A stretch of DNA of 64,000 nt, taken from NCBI GenBank assembly GCA_002189035.1, contig CM007991.1:124001-188000 (forward strand), written 5' to 3'. The stretch is from Utricularia gibba (taxonomy: Eukaryota; Plantae; Magnoliophyta). This document shows, one piece after another, positions 49,197-63,625 of the stretch. Numbering within the stretch: the stretch's first letter is position 1; every line of letters starts with the position of its first letter. The translations under genes were made by a program, and so were the position numbers. Under the pieces are notes generated by a model. That model was not told the DNA's origin. It saw only the letters and a program-made list of their open reading frames with translations, and did not search any database.

Positions 49197-50570
49197 CCCG
49201 CCAAGTATGAGAGCTGCATTACGTGAAAAGCTCAGACGCTCAGCTACACGGTTTAATCAGTGTTCCGATCACATAAGCACATCCAAAAAGGAAAGTGGCA
49301 AACCTAATATTCATGAAAAGTTAACGAAGAAAAGCAGCTCTGACAAGATTTAAAAAAAAAAGCATTTTTTGTCATGTTCAAGGAGAGGATTTCGAATCAT
49401 AATTCCTCGGAATAACAAGAGAAACAACACAACCCTCAATCAAAATCCCATTTCCAGAGTCTGTTACATTATGGCAGTAATCATACTCCAAAACCGTAAC
49501 TTTCAACGTAAAGAAACTAAAACAGAAGTCCAAACCTAATCTTGCACAAACGTGTTAACTTTCTTCTCCGACTACGTTGAGAATGGCCAGAGAGATTCGC
49601 CGGTGGCCCGTTTGAAAGAGATATCTCCCTCTCTACCGGCCGCCAGCTATTACCGAGCCTTCCATTGGGCCGGATACACTCATCGCCCTCACCTATTTCC
49701 GAAACCCATTTTCTGTCCGGCAGATGACCAGTACGGACCCAATGACCCAATCCAATAATGAAATAATTGGCATGGAAAATGGAATAAAATGAATCTCAAC
49801 CAAATACGATTTACTCGTTATTTTGGATTAAATCATTTTTATTCAATTTAATGTAAACATATAATAAAAAATAAAAAATAATTTTATAAATGGTTACTTA
49901 TCATCTTAGCTTAAAACTTTTTTATAGTAAATTTAATCGAATTAAATACATCGTAAATATGTTATATAAAATAAAATATTTATTTAAATTTAACATTTTA
50001 AAATTTTTAATTTTTTTAATATTTCATAAAAATTATTGAAATAAAAAAATATTTAAATTTAGATTAGTCTCACTCATTTACGTTATTTACAAATTTGATC
50101 ACTCCGTCTTATTCATTTACAAATTCAAAATAATATATATTAAAAGTGAATAATATTTATATATTATATATATAGATGACAAGGTGATGAAATTATATTT
50201 AAAGATAATAAAATAAAAGCAAACAAAGTCGTAAAACCAAAGTAAAGAAAAGGAGACTGACAAAGGCAAGTAGCCGTTGTTTTTCAAAAGCCATGGATCA
50301 CGGAATTATTAGAGATATCATTTGTCCTAATTATTCGTGTACTTGCTTGTCACGAATTCATTCCTCACTATCAAAGTTGTCTGATTGAAAATGAAAGCCT
50401 CTTGGATTCTCAATCATCATCTCTTGCGTTAACATGAAGCTGCGCAACAAGGTAGTGAGATGTCGTCTTTTCCCTTTAGTCTTTTTTGCGGGCTTCTTAA
50501 ATTTCCAATCTTTTTCGATGTTTGTTGATGAATGCTTTGAGGTTACTGCAAATCGCATCGTTTTGTGTTC

Positions 50571-51395
50571 ATGGGTTCTGTAGGTAGCCAGAGCGTCTGG
50601 GCTTCTTACTACACTTCTGCAGATTGCTCACAAGGTGTTTGTAGTATTTACTGCCCACAATTCTGCTATTTGATCTTCCCTCCGCCGCCACCAGATCATG
50701 ATTCCACTGGTCCGTTTTCACCTCTTGTCATCGTAATCATCTGTATTTTTCTCAGCGGGTTTCTCCTTGTTAGCTACTACACACTTGTTACAAGATTATG
50801 TGGAAGAAGAATCGAACAGACGCAGGTTGTGTCGAGCCAGGATCACCTGCCTGTTGTTTCTAATGGATTGGATGAGTCGGTGGTGAAAAGGATTAAAGTG
50901 TGCAAGTATCAGAAGGGGAACGGGGTGATCGAAGGAACTGACTGTGCTGTTTGTTTGAGTGAGTTTAAAGAGAACGAATCTCTCAGGCTTTTGCCTAGCT
51001 GCAGCCATGCCTTTCATCTTCCCTGTATTGATACTTGGCTGAAATCTCAGTCTAACTGTCCCCTTTGTCGTGCAAGTGTCACTGATCTTCAAACTCCACC
51101 TGCCCTTAAGATGAATACAGATGAATTTCGTCGTCCCGACGATCTGATTCTTGTTGTGGATCAACAAAGAAGCTGCCAAGAAAGTGAAGGTGAAAGAGAG
51201 AATCTTGATAAGGGAGATGAGCGTATCAGTGGCTCAATTCCTTCAGGTTCACAATGTGAACATCGAAGAGACGCTGGAACATCGAAGGGACGCTCATCCG
51301 ACGAAGACATCGAGTTCACATTGCCTACAAGGAAAAGATCTGCACCCACTTGTGAATTCAGGGACGACGGCAAGAATTTCATGTTTCCAAGTTGA
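50571..51395 (+). CDS. ATL-family RING-H2 E3 ligase (ATL51/52-like), intronless
   Basis: DCSQGVCSIYCPQFCY N-terminus, TM helix, GLD motif and RING-H2 CAVCL...CSHAFHLPC...CPLC. Confidence 0.93.
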   Translation: MGSVGSQSVWASYYTSADCSQGVCSIYCPQFCYLIFPPPPPDHDSTGPFSPLVIVIICIFLSGFLLVSYYTLVTRLCGRRIEQTQVVSSQDHLPVVSNGLDESVVKRIKVCKYQKGNGVIEGTDCAVCLSEFKENESLRLLPSCSHAFHLPCIDTWLKSQSNCPLCRASVTDLQTPPALKMNTDEFRRPDDLILVVDQQRSCQESEGERENLDKGDERISGSIPSGSQCEHRRDAGTSKGRSSDEDIEFTLPTRKRSAPTCEFRDDGKNFMFPS

Positions 51396-51942
51396 ATGGA
51401 GATCATAAAGTGCTTATTTTTGTTCAGTTTCTTGAGTTTAAGTGGCAGGAATATCTTGTCACTTTACTATGCACTAATGGTCAAGTTTATGCATGAAGGC
51501 GGTTTTAAAGGAGTGATCAATGACTCAGAACAATCAAAATTAAAAATTTCAAAGTTAATGAGCTTGAATGCTCATTCAAGTTTCAAAAAAGGATTACAAA
51601 GGGTCACGTTTTTTTAAAGAAAATTCGAAATAATGTATCCACCTGTATATGGAAGCACTGTATCCCTCGGGGTCCCTGCATTCGATTGGTGCAGGCAGGA
51701 AAGAGATGGGTATTCCTTAATTTTCTTAATTTTCTTGACAGGACTTTCCAACCACATATAATTTTAAAATTGTCCCGTAGGATTCACGCATCCAGCACAA
51801 TCCGTTTGGTGTAAGAAAAAAGCTGTAAAGTTTGTTTCTCTCGCCTCGTTCTTCCCTTCTTCTGCCCCGTTCGTGGCATTCTTTGACCCAGATCAAAAGA
51901 TAAGAAATTGGCAGACCAGGGTAATCTCCTTTGATTTAGACG

Positions 51943-53228
<1,286 letters not shown>

Positions 53229-55313
53229 GACAAGTTATATGTAGAAAAAACCAGTGGCGTCGGCGTCGGCGTTCCTCCACTTGCTACAATTTCCATTCAT
53301 TGCCCTCCCTTATGGATCCCTCACTCCTAAAACTATTTCCATCTTCAAGTGAAGTTTTATTTATATGTTTGGGAACTCATGTGTTCATCATACTCTACTC
53401 CTGGATCAATTCATTATTAGACGTCACTGGTGCGTTAAAAAAGGGATTTTGGCACAGATTTTAATCTTTTATAAGTATTTTCATTTTTTTGATATTATTT
53501 TTTCATTGATTTTGTATTTTCTGAAGTATTTTGAAGAAAATATTTTATATAACATTATTACGGTCTATCTGTTTAAATACGTACCATATTAACTATTATC
53601 ATGCACAATAAAACAGTAATTTAGTAGTGATGTTTTTTTAAAAAAAGAATTATTAAATTGTTAATACGTGTCAATAAAGAGTTGGCTTTTTTGGTCAAAA
53701 AGATGAAAAGCAGTCCTTTTTTCTTCACCCAATGCGGGGAGATCTTTCCGCTTCAGACAATGTGTAATAATAAAAAAAAGGGGGGAAATATATAGTTATC
53801 TTCTTACCATTGATTTGATTTGATCTGATCCACAAAAAACGACAGCTTCATTTGTCGTTTGTTACAAGTGCATTGCATTAAATGTGACCCATGCATCACA
53901 ATCCCCACAGAAAGCGGACGATGCCATCCATCATCTTGAAAAAAAAAATTATTAAAATGTAATATATTGAATTATAACCTTGAAAGCCATGCATCATCCT
54001 CCATGGAGACACCACACTATGAAGCACACACAGCTTAAGATTTTTCAGGTTCCTCATATGGTATTTTAGACGGATATAGTTGCAATTTTGCTTCGATTTC
54101 GATTTCGATTTTGAGTTTGATTTGGAGTCTCTTATATCACAATGCCATCAAATAATTTGAGACAACTCAACGAAAACTGCGTTGTAAAGTATAATGCTAT
54201 CACTCATAAAGAAAAGCAAACACCAAAATGAAATCTTTTGCTTTTTATTTATTTTTGGAAAATAATTGACAAAGGATAGCCCAGAGCAGCTGGAGACAAT
54301 GTTGTGTGGGGAGGGCAGGCCACTTGTTCAAAAAGTAACCATCGGTGATATGATTGTTTTAAATTATTTTTCTATTTATTATTAAATGAGTTTAACCAGA
54401 TACTTAATTTAATTATAAATTTAGTTAACCAAATTTTAAAATCGAATTAAACCTATAGTTTTAAAATATATTGAAACCTAACAAAAATTTGAAGCATGAA
54501 CAATATTGATATCGAAACAATGTAAGGTTCTGATAGTATGAGACATTTTAAAAATTTCAAAAACAAAGTAGTAATTATTGTGTATGTGATGAGTGCTCTA
54601 AAGTTGTGGGTGTGGGCGTGGGTGCTGTTGGATCATCCCATGTGGAGAAGGGGACTACTAATCACAATCCGGGAATCTGAATAATTGGAGATTTACGCTT
54701 CATGAAAGTGGGCACATGCACAATTGACATTTGGGCCTAAACCAGACCCCAAATTGGTCCAATAAAAATTATAACTTCAATTCCGAAATGAAATTCGGTT
54801 AAATCTAAATTCATAATTTAATTAGAGAATGTATTGGGCTATAATAAGAATAATTTTTTTATCTAAAAATTATATATTATTATTAAAAATATGAAATGAA
54901 CTATGGGACATATGTAAATCACATATTTAGATATTCTAAAATTGAGGTATCTCAAATTCTAATCTGAATGCTTCATAAATCCTATTAATTAAAAGATATT
55001 ATTTTTACTATGTTTATTAATAAATTCTAATCTGAATGCACTAGTACAAAACCGGAACCCGCACACCGCAGTCTCTATTTTCGCTCTCTCTATATATATG
55101 AGGAAGGAAACCTACGCGCACGCACCAGAGACGTTTGATTTGCGACGGGTGGATGCGGGGAACTGAGAGTTTCTCGAGTTTCTTTGTACAAGTAAAGCTA
55201 GCCGATTGATTGAATTTTGGCTGGAATTGTTGATGCGTTTGTTGACATTTCGGGTTAGAATCTTGAGTTCTGGAAGTGGAGACCGTTCTTGAAACGGAGT
55301 TGCGGTTGGGGAA

Positions 55314-57467
55314 ATGGATGACAGAGGAACTGGATCGTTCGTTGCGGTGAGGCGGATTTCCCAAGGACTTGATAGAGGAACTGCGTGCCATTCTACTTCT
55401 GGTATATTTGGGTTCTTTCCTTGTGTTTGTTCTTCGTCTGAATCTTGGTTGCCGTAGATTCTTGGGAAAGAATTTGACGGATGTAACTGTTGTTGATTGG
55501 AGAGTTTTTTTGTCGCTGGTGTGTTGTATGTCTGGTTCGTGCTGCTTTTCTTCCTGTTAACTTTTGACCAGCCTACACTTTTATATGACTTTGTGTCTAT
55601 TCTAGTATTTTACAAAGGAAATGTGAATTTCAATTGAAAAAAAAAAACCTGAATTTGTTTGAAGGCTTACAGACCAGGATAATAAACCTAGATAAGTTCC
55701 TCTACGCACCGTGATTCTGAGCACCACTTCAACCTTTTGTTTTGAATTTTGCCAACATTCCTTCTTTTTCGTTTACAGAGGAGGTTGGGCCTGGATCTGC
55801 TGCATGGTTAGGCAGGGGCCTTTCATGTGTATGCGTTCAGATTAGAGAAAATGATGGTTTCGCGTCATTTGATCTGAACCCTCTTCAGGTGTTAAATAGC
55901 TACTTGCATCCGAGTTCTTGTTTTTCTATTTGCTGTATATTCACTAACAGCAGTATCTCTTGCTAACTGCGTTTCTGAACTACTTTGATTTTTGCATCGT
56001 TGGTCATAACTGTATTACACAGCTAATTTCACATGAACATGCCTAGATGAGGTCATGACGATTGAACAATGTCTTTTATTAGGAGGAATCCTTACTGAGG
56101 CTGCAGAATCGGATAGATATTGCCTACGATAATTCACTTTCAGAACATCGGGTACGGTTTACAGAAGTTTATGGAAGCAAGGACATAACGGTAGATCTAA
56201 TTACGTTTCCCATCTTTTTCTTCTAATCCAGGATACTCTGAGGACGTTATGGTATGCTGCCTTTCCTGATGAGGAGCTTAGTGGTTTAATATCAGAACAG
56301 TGGAAAGAAATGGGTTGGCAGGGGAAAGATCCGGCTACTGATTTCCGGTATATCCAAGTGGGTTTATGTCTTCAATGATTATGAAGCGTGACCTCTAATG
56401 CATCAATTTTAACCATTTCAGGGGTGGTGGCTTAATATCATTGGAAAACTTACTGTTTTTTGCCCGGACATTTCCAGTGTGTACTTCATCCGTATTCGCT
56501 CACTTTATATGTTAATTACTGCACTGAATGCACCGGAATGCCAAGTGTTCTATTAGATGATCCATTTAGGAATTCTATAGGCCTCTGTTTTCTGCGCTGA
56601 AATGCTTGTTTTCGCGGTGGACAGACATCATTTCAGGATCTCCTTCGTAAAAGGGAAGGTGACAGAGCCTTATGGGAGTACCCCTTTGCTGTAGCCGGTG
56701 TCAACATTACGTGCATGCTTATCCAGATGCTTGACCTTGAAGCTGGTATTTTTTCATTCAAACATCCTTGACTTCATTTTTCCAAAACTTCATGGTTTGT
56801 GTTCTTGATCTTTTTCTGGTACTCCACCACCCGTCTTTTCATGTATGCTGAAGTAGGTCTATGACTTTCCTTCCTTTTATTGAGGAGTTACTATGTCGTC
56901 CAATGAACCAAAATGAAAATTGCAACAGTCTGCAATATCTCTTTCTTCGGTTGCTGGAAACAAATTCAATCCATTGTATGGGGTGGTTAACAGAGAGTTT
57001 TGCTAATCACTATCTTACATATGCAGTGAAGCCCAGAACTGCCGTGGGTGCAACGTTCTTGCAGTTTCTAACTGGTAAGGGGAATCCAAATGATCATCGC
57101 TTGGAGGGCTGCTTTTGTTTCTTAGTGTGAACTCCCATTAGTCAGAAATGATTTATTTCCTGTGCTCTTCCTCGACAGAAAACGAATTCGCATTCGACCT
57201 TCTCTACTGTATCACCTTCAAGCTAATGGACCAGCAGTGGCTGGCGATGCGCGCTTCTTACATGGAGTTCAACGTGAGTATTATTGCTTACGTGGAGTTT
57301 GGAAAGAATCCCTGGCTCATGTTATGCATATATGTGGATGTGTATGTATGTATGAGGAGCAGAGCGTGATGAAAGCAACACGCCATCAGCTGGAGAAGGA
57401 ACTTCTCAAAGAGGACATCTCATGCCTTGAAGACTTGCCCTCTTACGGTCTTCTCAGCCGGAGATGA
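55314..57467 (+). CDS. ELMO/CED-12 domain protein
   Basis: SFVAVRRISQG, WLGRGLSCVC, QWKEMGWQGKDPATDFRGGG, WEYPFAVAGVNIT and ASYMEFN. Nine exons in frame. Confidence 0.93.
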
Positions 57468-58554
57468 TCAGATCAGCCGGACAAGCAAAATTGCCTTCCG
57501 TTGTGTGCCTGTGAGTGATCCAACATGGAGAACCAGGAGCCCAAAATGTTGAATAATAGCAACCTTTTTGTATGCCCAAAAGAGAGGCGGGCCATCATCT
57601 ACCAAGTCGGGGTTCATTCTGTGTCGATCCTCTCGAGTGAGCATTTATGTGACATGTGATGATTCCAGGACTAAGTAGACGGAATAAAAGCGGTGATTGG
57701 ATAGGGATAAGGAAGGCACCGCGGGGTGGAACGATGGACTGGAGTAGTGGATGGTCCAACAAACGTTCCCACACACGTCAAAGCAGTGTCTCTCTTTGTG
57801 GAAACCAATTGAAAATGATGCATTTGGCATATTACCTTCAAAATTCAAACCACCCATAATGAGCGAAGGGGCTTAGCTTCCCCAAACACACAGGAATAAA
57901 ACTAAATGAGTGAGTGGGTGTAACAACCGGTGACACAGCCAGCCATTGAAGAACCAACAGCTCCCCAAGCCTCCATTAATCGGTTCTTCCTTTCCTTTTG
58001 TTTTTTTTAAAGGAAAACTTTAAATTTCCATCCAATATGTCAAAAAAAAAAAAAAGAAAAGAAAATAACCCTGGAAGACCAATCAATCCCAGTTTTCAAT
58101 GAGGAGGGGAGGGGGGAACATCATTAGGGTGTCAGCGTTAGTTAAATTCCCAATGCTAAAAGGGTGAAGAGGGGCTCAGGCAGGCTCACTGGCTCCCTCA
58201 AGAGGAGAGTAGTATCATTAGTCGCGTTTTGTGCGACCCTAACCCCCTGATACATTATCACATGAAACCCTAATACTCATCCTGGGCACCAAGAAATGGA
58301 GAGAAAAATGTTGTATATAGTTGCAAAAAGGGATGTGAAGAATCAGGAGACTTTTTTGGTAGCCATCGAATGGTGAAGTGCGCTAAACTTCCGAGCATAT
58401 TCTTTGGCGAGAGAATAAATATCATCATTCATTATTAGGTTGCTCGGTCCAAACCGCCTGATGGACCGGACAAACCTGGGGTGGTGCGTACGAGGGAGGG
58501 AGGGAGGGTTCGTAAAGAATGAGCAGAAAGCAGTCAGTAGTTCCTTTTGATGGG

Positions 58555-58584
58555 GGGCGAGGGCGAGGGCGAGGGCGAGGGCGA
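58555..58584. repeat. (GGGCGA)5 G-rich repeat
   Basis: Five perfect copies read directly. Confidence 0.93.
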
Positions 58585-59277
58585 ATCATCCAGACAGACA
58601 GACAGCCAGTAGTATCAACTCATCATACGTCATCTGTATACCCCTTGGAAGCACTCGCATTCCAGATTCCAATCATTTTATTTGATTGCCACCAGGGAAT
58701 ATAATAAACAGATTTTTACCTAATCCCCCCCCCCCCCCCCCACTTTTACTCGCACAGGGAGGGTCGCGGTTAAAACTTGAATATCGCCATGGAGCCCCCA
58801 GCCCTTCCTTCGTTCCCATTTCTTGCACAGAAAATAACCAGACAATGCATGTTTAGTAGACCATTTTGTATGTTAAATGAGGTGCAATATTTGATATGAG
58901 ATGTTCATATCCTAAAACTTAGGAATATCAAAATGCAATCTTTTCATTTTGATATGTTTATTAATATTTTTCATGGAATATCACCTCACCCTATGTGTAT
59001 TATGGGGGAGTCATGTAGTACATAGTCCCAATGTCACAACATGTACATTATGAGGGGTGCCCATGGATCGTACACACAATACTCTCCTTCTCTTTGTGCG
59101 ATAAAAGAAAACAAAAGAGAAAGTGTCACGTTCATCAAAACTGTACTATTCTTCTACATGCAATGATAAAACCCCAGATCCCACTAAGCTTCAGCTTACA
59201 GCTACAATGAAAAAGGAGAATATAGCGAGAATTTCTTCGATTCTCCATCCAACTCTCCTTTGAAAAAAGCCACAATC

Positions 59278-60705
59278 ATGGAACAACAACAAGGATCGGA
59301 TCATTCACTTCCCACCCTTTACAGTTATCACAACCCTCAAATTGCCTTTCCCCTCCACCATCAGCAGATGAGGTTTCCTCACTTTGAAGACCAGAATCAT
59401 CTCTTCAGCTTCCTGGGGCCTCAGCCGCTCGACACCGGGAGCTCCTCTGCCAAGAACGCCGATGAAGCCGGATTAGGGTTTGGTGGTAAACCCTCGTGGA
59501 GCCATGAACCCCTGGTTTGCCGACTTCTCCTCCTTCTAACCCTTGTTTTTTTTTTGGTGTCTTACTCACGGTTGGGGTTCTTACGAGCTGAGAGTCGTTC
59601 TAGGCCTCCTTGATTGCTTGCTTTATAGGATCCTAAGTTTCTGACAGCTTTAGTTACGTTTTCTTACATCATTTATCTCCCTTTTTTTTGAATTAAAACA
59701 TTGTTTTTATTGAATTTCTGCTGAATAAAGTTTTTAACGGTTTTCCAAGGGTTTAATGCAGGATCCCAAGGATATGAACGATGAACAGTGCAATGGCAAC
59801 ACGACTGAGAATGGAAACTGCTGGTACTATCTCTTCATTTACTGGTTCATGTCGCAGTTCTTAAATAGGCCGTGAAAAGATTTTTTGAATGAAGCTTGTT
59901 TTAAGTTAAGCGATTTCCACATTGGGAAGACCCAAAAAAGAAAAAAAGAATTTCTGGATGGAGTCGTCTCATCTGATTTCTGCATTGTCACCTGAATCTT
60001 CTGCGACATTAAACACCAGTTGAAGAAGTTTGAGACACACTTTCTCCCTTCTTCTTCCTCTAATCAAAGAGTAAAACAACAGATTGGTCCTCTTGCATCT
60101 ACGTGTCAGCTGTGGACTCATGGAAACGTATTGGATAACGTTATGCATAGATGCGCTGGATCCTCCTCGTTCATGTCTTAAGAATAGTGGCGCGTCCACT
60201 AACTCGTCTGAGTCAGAAGCTTCCTTTTTTCCGGAACCAAAAATTTGTTCTGCTTCGTTCAGGTGGAAGGAGAAGAGCAAGGTGAAGATGAGGAGGAAGC
60301 TGCGAGAGCCGAGGTTCTGCTTTCAGACAAGAAGCGATGTGGATGTTCTTGATGACGGGTACAAATGGAGGAAATATGGGCAGAAGGTTGTCAAGAACAG
60401 CCTCCATCCTCGGTAATGTACCAGCATTTCCTCGCTTGATTCCGTGTTCTTTCCACAGAATCAAGACACCGAGGTCTAGCGATCGAGAGAATTCATCTTA
60501 GAGGATGACCCAATGTTCTCACTCTTGTCCTTCGATACGCAGAAGTTACTACAGGTGCACGCACAACAACTGCCGAGTGAAGAAGAGGGTGGAGCGGCTG
60601 TCGGAGGATTGCCGGATGGTCATAACAACGTACGAAGGACGGCACAACCACTCGCCGTGTGACGAGTCGAACTCGTCGGAGCTGGACGGCTTCTCTTCCT
60701 TCTAA
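59278..60705 (+). CDS. WRKY12: Group IIc WRKY transcription factor
   Basis: [41 protein letters not shown]|[38 protein letters not shown]. Four exons. Confidence 0.93.
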
Positions 60706-62563
60706 CAAGGAAGTGCAGTCAGTCAGTGCATCTCCTGCCTTCCTGCTATTGCCTTCATTTCTTGCTTGGACTTGGAAGCTCCTCTTTGCAATGCTGCATT
60801 GTGTTCAATGCTACCTCTTCAGATTCTCATCCTGTTGTGGATTTATTTAAATAAATCCGAAATTGAAAGCGTTTCATGGATTTATTTAGCATATCATCAT
60901 TCTTATATTTAATCAAATATTTTTACCTATTAATTGAATACAATAATTAATTCTTTTAAATTAATTTTATCTAAATTTAAATAAATCAAACCCTTTGTAT
61001 TCTCGTTCCATAAATCAAATATTTCCTAAGTGTTGTTCCGTAGTTGGTATAGATTTTTTGGAATTACTAACTAAAATAGAGTTTAAGTAAAATAAAATAT
61101 TATTCTTAGTTTTTAAGATGTGTTTAGTATAAGATTTTAATATATCTATAAAGCTCTAATCATTAACGATAATTCTTTATTATATAAAACTAATATTCGA
61201 TTTAAATGAAAGGATATTTTATAAAAGGTTAATTATCAAATAGGATTTACTATCAAATACCCCATTAGTGTATTGACTCCATAGAGTATGAAAAATAAAA
61301 GCTTGCCTACTGTATTAATAACACAAAGTATTTAATCATAGTCCGTACGATCATAAAAAACAAAAGAAAAAGAAAGTAAGATATCAACACAACAGAATTT
61401 TATAAGTAAAAAGAAATGGCATTGTAATATATTAGCTATGAATTATACAAAAAATAGAAATAAATTAAGGCTTCTAATTAAAATCACATTCCAAATTTCA
61501 GAACTAAACCAATGTTAATGATTCCCCAAAAAGAAAGAAAAGAAAAAGAATGGCTGGAACTTTGGGCAAGGGATCAGAGAAGCTGCTGCGTATGTTTTGG
61601 TTGTGATTCCGTCGCATTTGGAGCCATCGCCTTTTGGGCTCAATCTGGGGCAGCCTTCGGTTCGCCTCTGCACTTTCTTTCGAAAAGCCAAAGCACCCAA
61701 CTCACTCATCAGTCAAAAACTCACCTTTCTGCATTCCACTCTTTCCTCCTCCGCTTGCCTTCCCGCATACTCCTCCTCCTCCCTTCGGATACCAAGCTGC
61801 AGCTCATTCCTCTCGCACCCAGTTCAAGAACAAGGGTAAAAAAAACACATGATCGAAGACGCCGTAGTTTACAACACTCGCCAACACAGGCATCTGGTTC
61901 GGGAAGAGCTTTTCATTTTTTATTGAGATACATTCGTCGTTATTCTTGAATATTTTACTGTTTTTTTATTAATTAGTATAAAGTATGATTAAGGGAATAA
62001 AGTGGGCATCGAGGATAAGCTTAGTATATTATTTATGGAAACCGCCGTGCCCCTTTTTTAATTAAAAAAGGAAATTAAAAGTGGGCCCCATTTATTATTG
62101 CAGTCGGCCCAACTAATCAGCACTTGCGCGGGCCTGTCCTTCTTTTGTGCGTAACTTTCACTAACCCCCTTGGGCTGTTTTTTTTTTTTTTTTTTTTTTT
62201 TTGTGGTGGTGGAAATAAAATAAGAATAAATGGTAATTATTTTTTTTGTGTGACGGACCAATGGGATAATTTGAATGGCGTGGATCATGATTAATCATTT
62301 AAAATTGAGGGAGGACCGAAGGGTAAATTCGTCCAATGCAGATGACCCAATAAGTACCTTATTTGCAAAGCACGTCTTTGATCTCGGTTGCCTCTTTTAT
62401 GCAGATTACGCAAGGAAAGCATTGAGATCACCGGCGGACGCCATAAATCCTGCAAACTGCCTGCCCTCTGTCTGGAGACGCCGGCCGGCCTGATCCATTC
62501 TACTCACCTCAAAAAACCCTTCCATCTCTCACCCTCTCTCTCCCCTCTTCAAATTCCACCGCC

Positions 62564-63625
62564 ATGCCCACTCCGTTTGCTCCGCCGTCGCCGGGCTCCT
62601 CTAGCAGACCGGGCGTTCCTCAGATTCCAGAGGTTCCTCCGCAGTACGCTCTTTCCAACACCACCTTCTCCTCCGTACCGGGAATCTCGTCCGCGACCTC
62701 CATCATCGTTATTGTTATCATCGTAGCCTCCGCCGTGGTCGTCTCGGCGTTCATCTACATCCTCCTTCGCTTCCTCTCCACGCGATTTCGTCGTTCGTTC
62801 CGTGCATTTGCTGCAGCGGACGACGTCGTACTTAGGCAAGATTCGTTCGGCCTGAGCTCTGGTCGACCGCTGCAATGCCAGGCGGCGACTGTCGCGTTGC
62901 TCGATTCGCTCCCGATCTTTACGTTTGGTTCGGTTACCAATCTCACAGGAGGCGACTGCGCGGTGTGTTTGTCGAAGTTTGAGAGACACGACAGACTCCG
63001 ATTGTTGCCCCTGTGCTGTCATGCGTTTCACGCGGAGTGTATAGATGCGTGGATAGTGTCGAATCAGAGTTGTCCGCTGTGTCGCTCTGCGGTGGTGGCG
63101 TCGGATTCAGATTTGGTTGGGAAAATTCTGCCCGGAGAAAATCGCGGTGCTGTAAACGGGAATAGCGGCAGTTTTCGTATCGAAATCGGGAATATTAGCC
63201 GTAGACGCGATGGTTCTGTTGAGGCGGCGGAGGGAGATCGGCGTACGTATTCAATCGGTTCTTTCGATTACATTGTTGACGAGAATGGCTACGAGGTTTG
63301 CGTTGCGTCGATAACTGATCGCTTTGGGGCCTCCGATTACACTTTTTTTGATAAGGAATCTTCGTTCGGGGTTCCTATTCCGGAACCGCCCGGGGAAGCT
63401 CTCGCCGCGGACGTTTCCGGCACCAGAAACTGGCTCCTAGAATACGTCGATAGACTGGCTTCGATCTCCATCTCTTCCCGTGCAATATCGTTTCGAGGCT
63501 CCGGTCGATTCTTCTCCGGCAGTAGCCGCCGCACTGAACGTTCCGCTCCCGCCTATGATCTGGAGGCCACGCACCGTGTCGGAGAGGAAATCAGCGAAGT
63601 ATTTCGGTGGCTTTCCGGAATCTAA
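62564..63625 (+). CDS. ATL4: ATL-family RING-H2 E3 ligase (ATL4-like), intronless
   Basis: TM helix, RING-H2 CAVCLSKF...CCHAFHAECID...CPLC, SFRIEIGNISRR, RTYSIGSFDY and ISEVFRWLSGI. Confidence 0.9.
   Translation: MPTPFAPPSPGSSSRPGVPQIPEVPPQYALSNTTFSSVPGISSATSIIVIVIIVASAVVVSAFIYILLRFLSTRFRRSFRAFAAADDVVLRQDSFGLSSGRPLQCQAATVALLDSLPIFTFGSVTNLTGGDCAVCLSKFERHDRLRLLPLCCHAFHAECIDAWIVSNQSCPLCRSAVVASDSDLVGKILPGENRGAVNGNSGSFRIEIGNISRRRDGSVEAAEGDRRTYSIGSFDYIVDENGYEVCVASITDRFGASDYTFFDKESSFGVPIPEPPGEALAADVSGTRNWLLEYVDRLASISISSRAISFRGSGRFFSGSSRRTERSAPAYDLEATHRVGEEISEVFRWLSGI

Noticed and set aside
61818-61832. CAGTTCAAGAA partial complement of miR396
   Set aside because: An 11-nt match with no hairpin or full target site.
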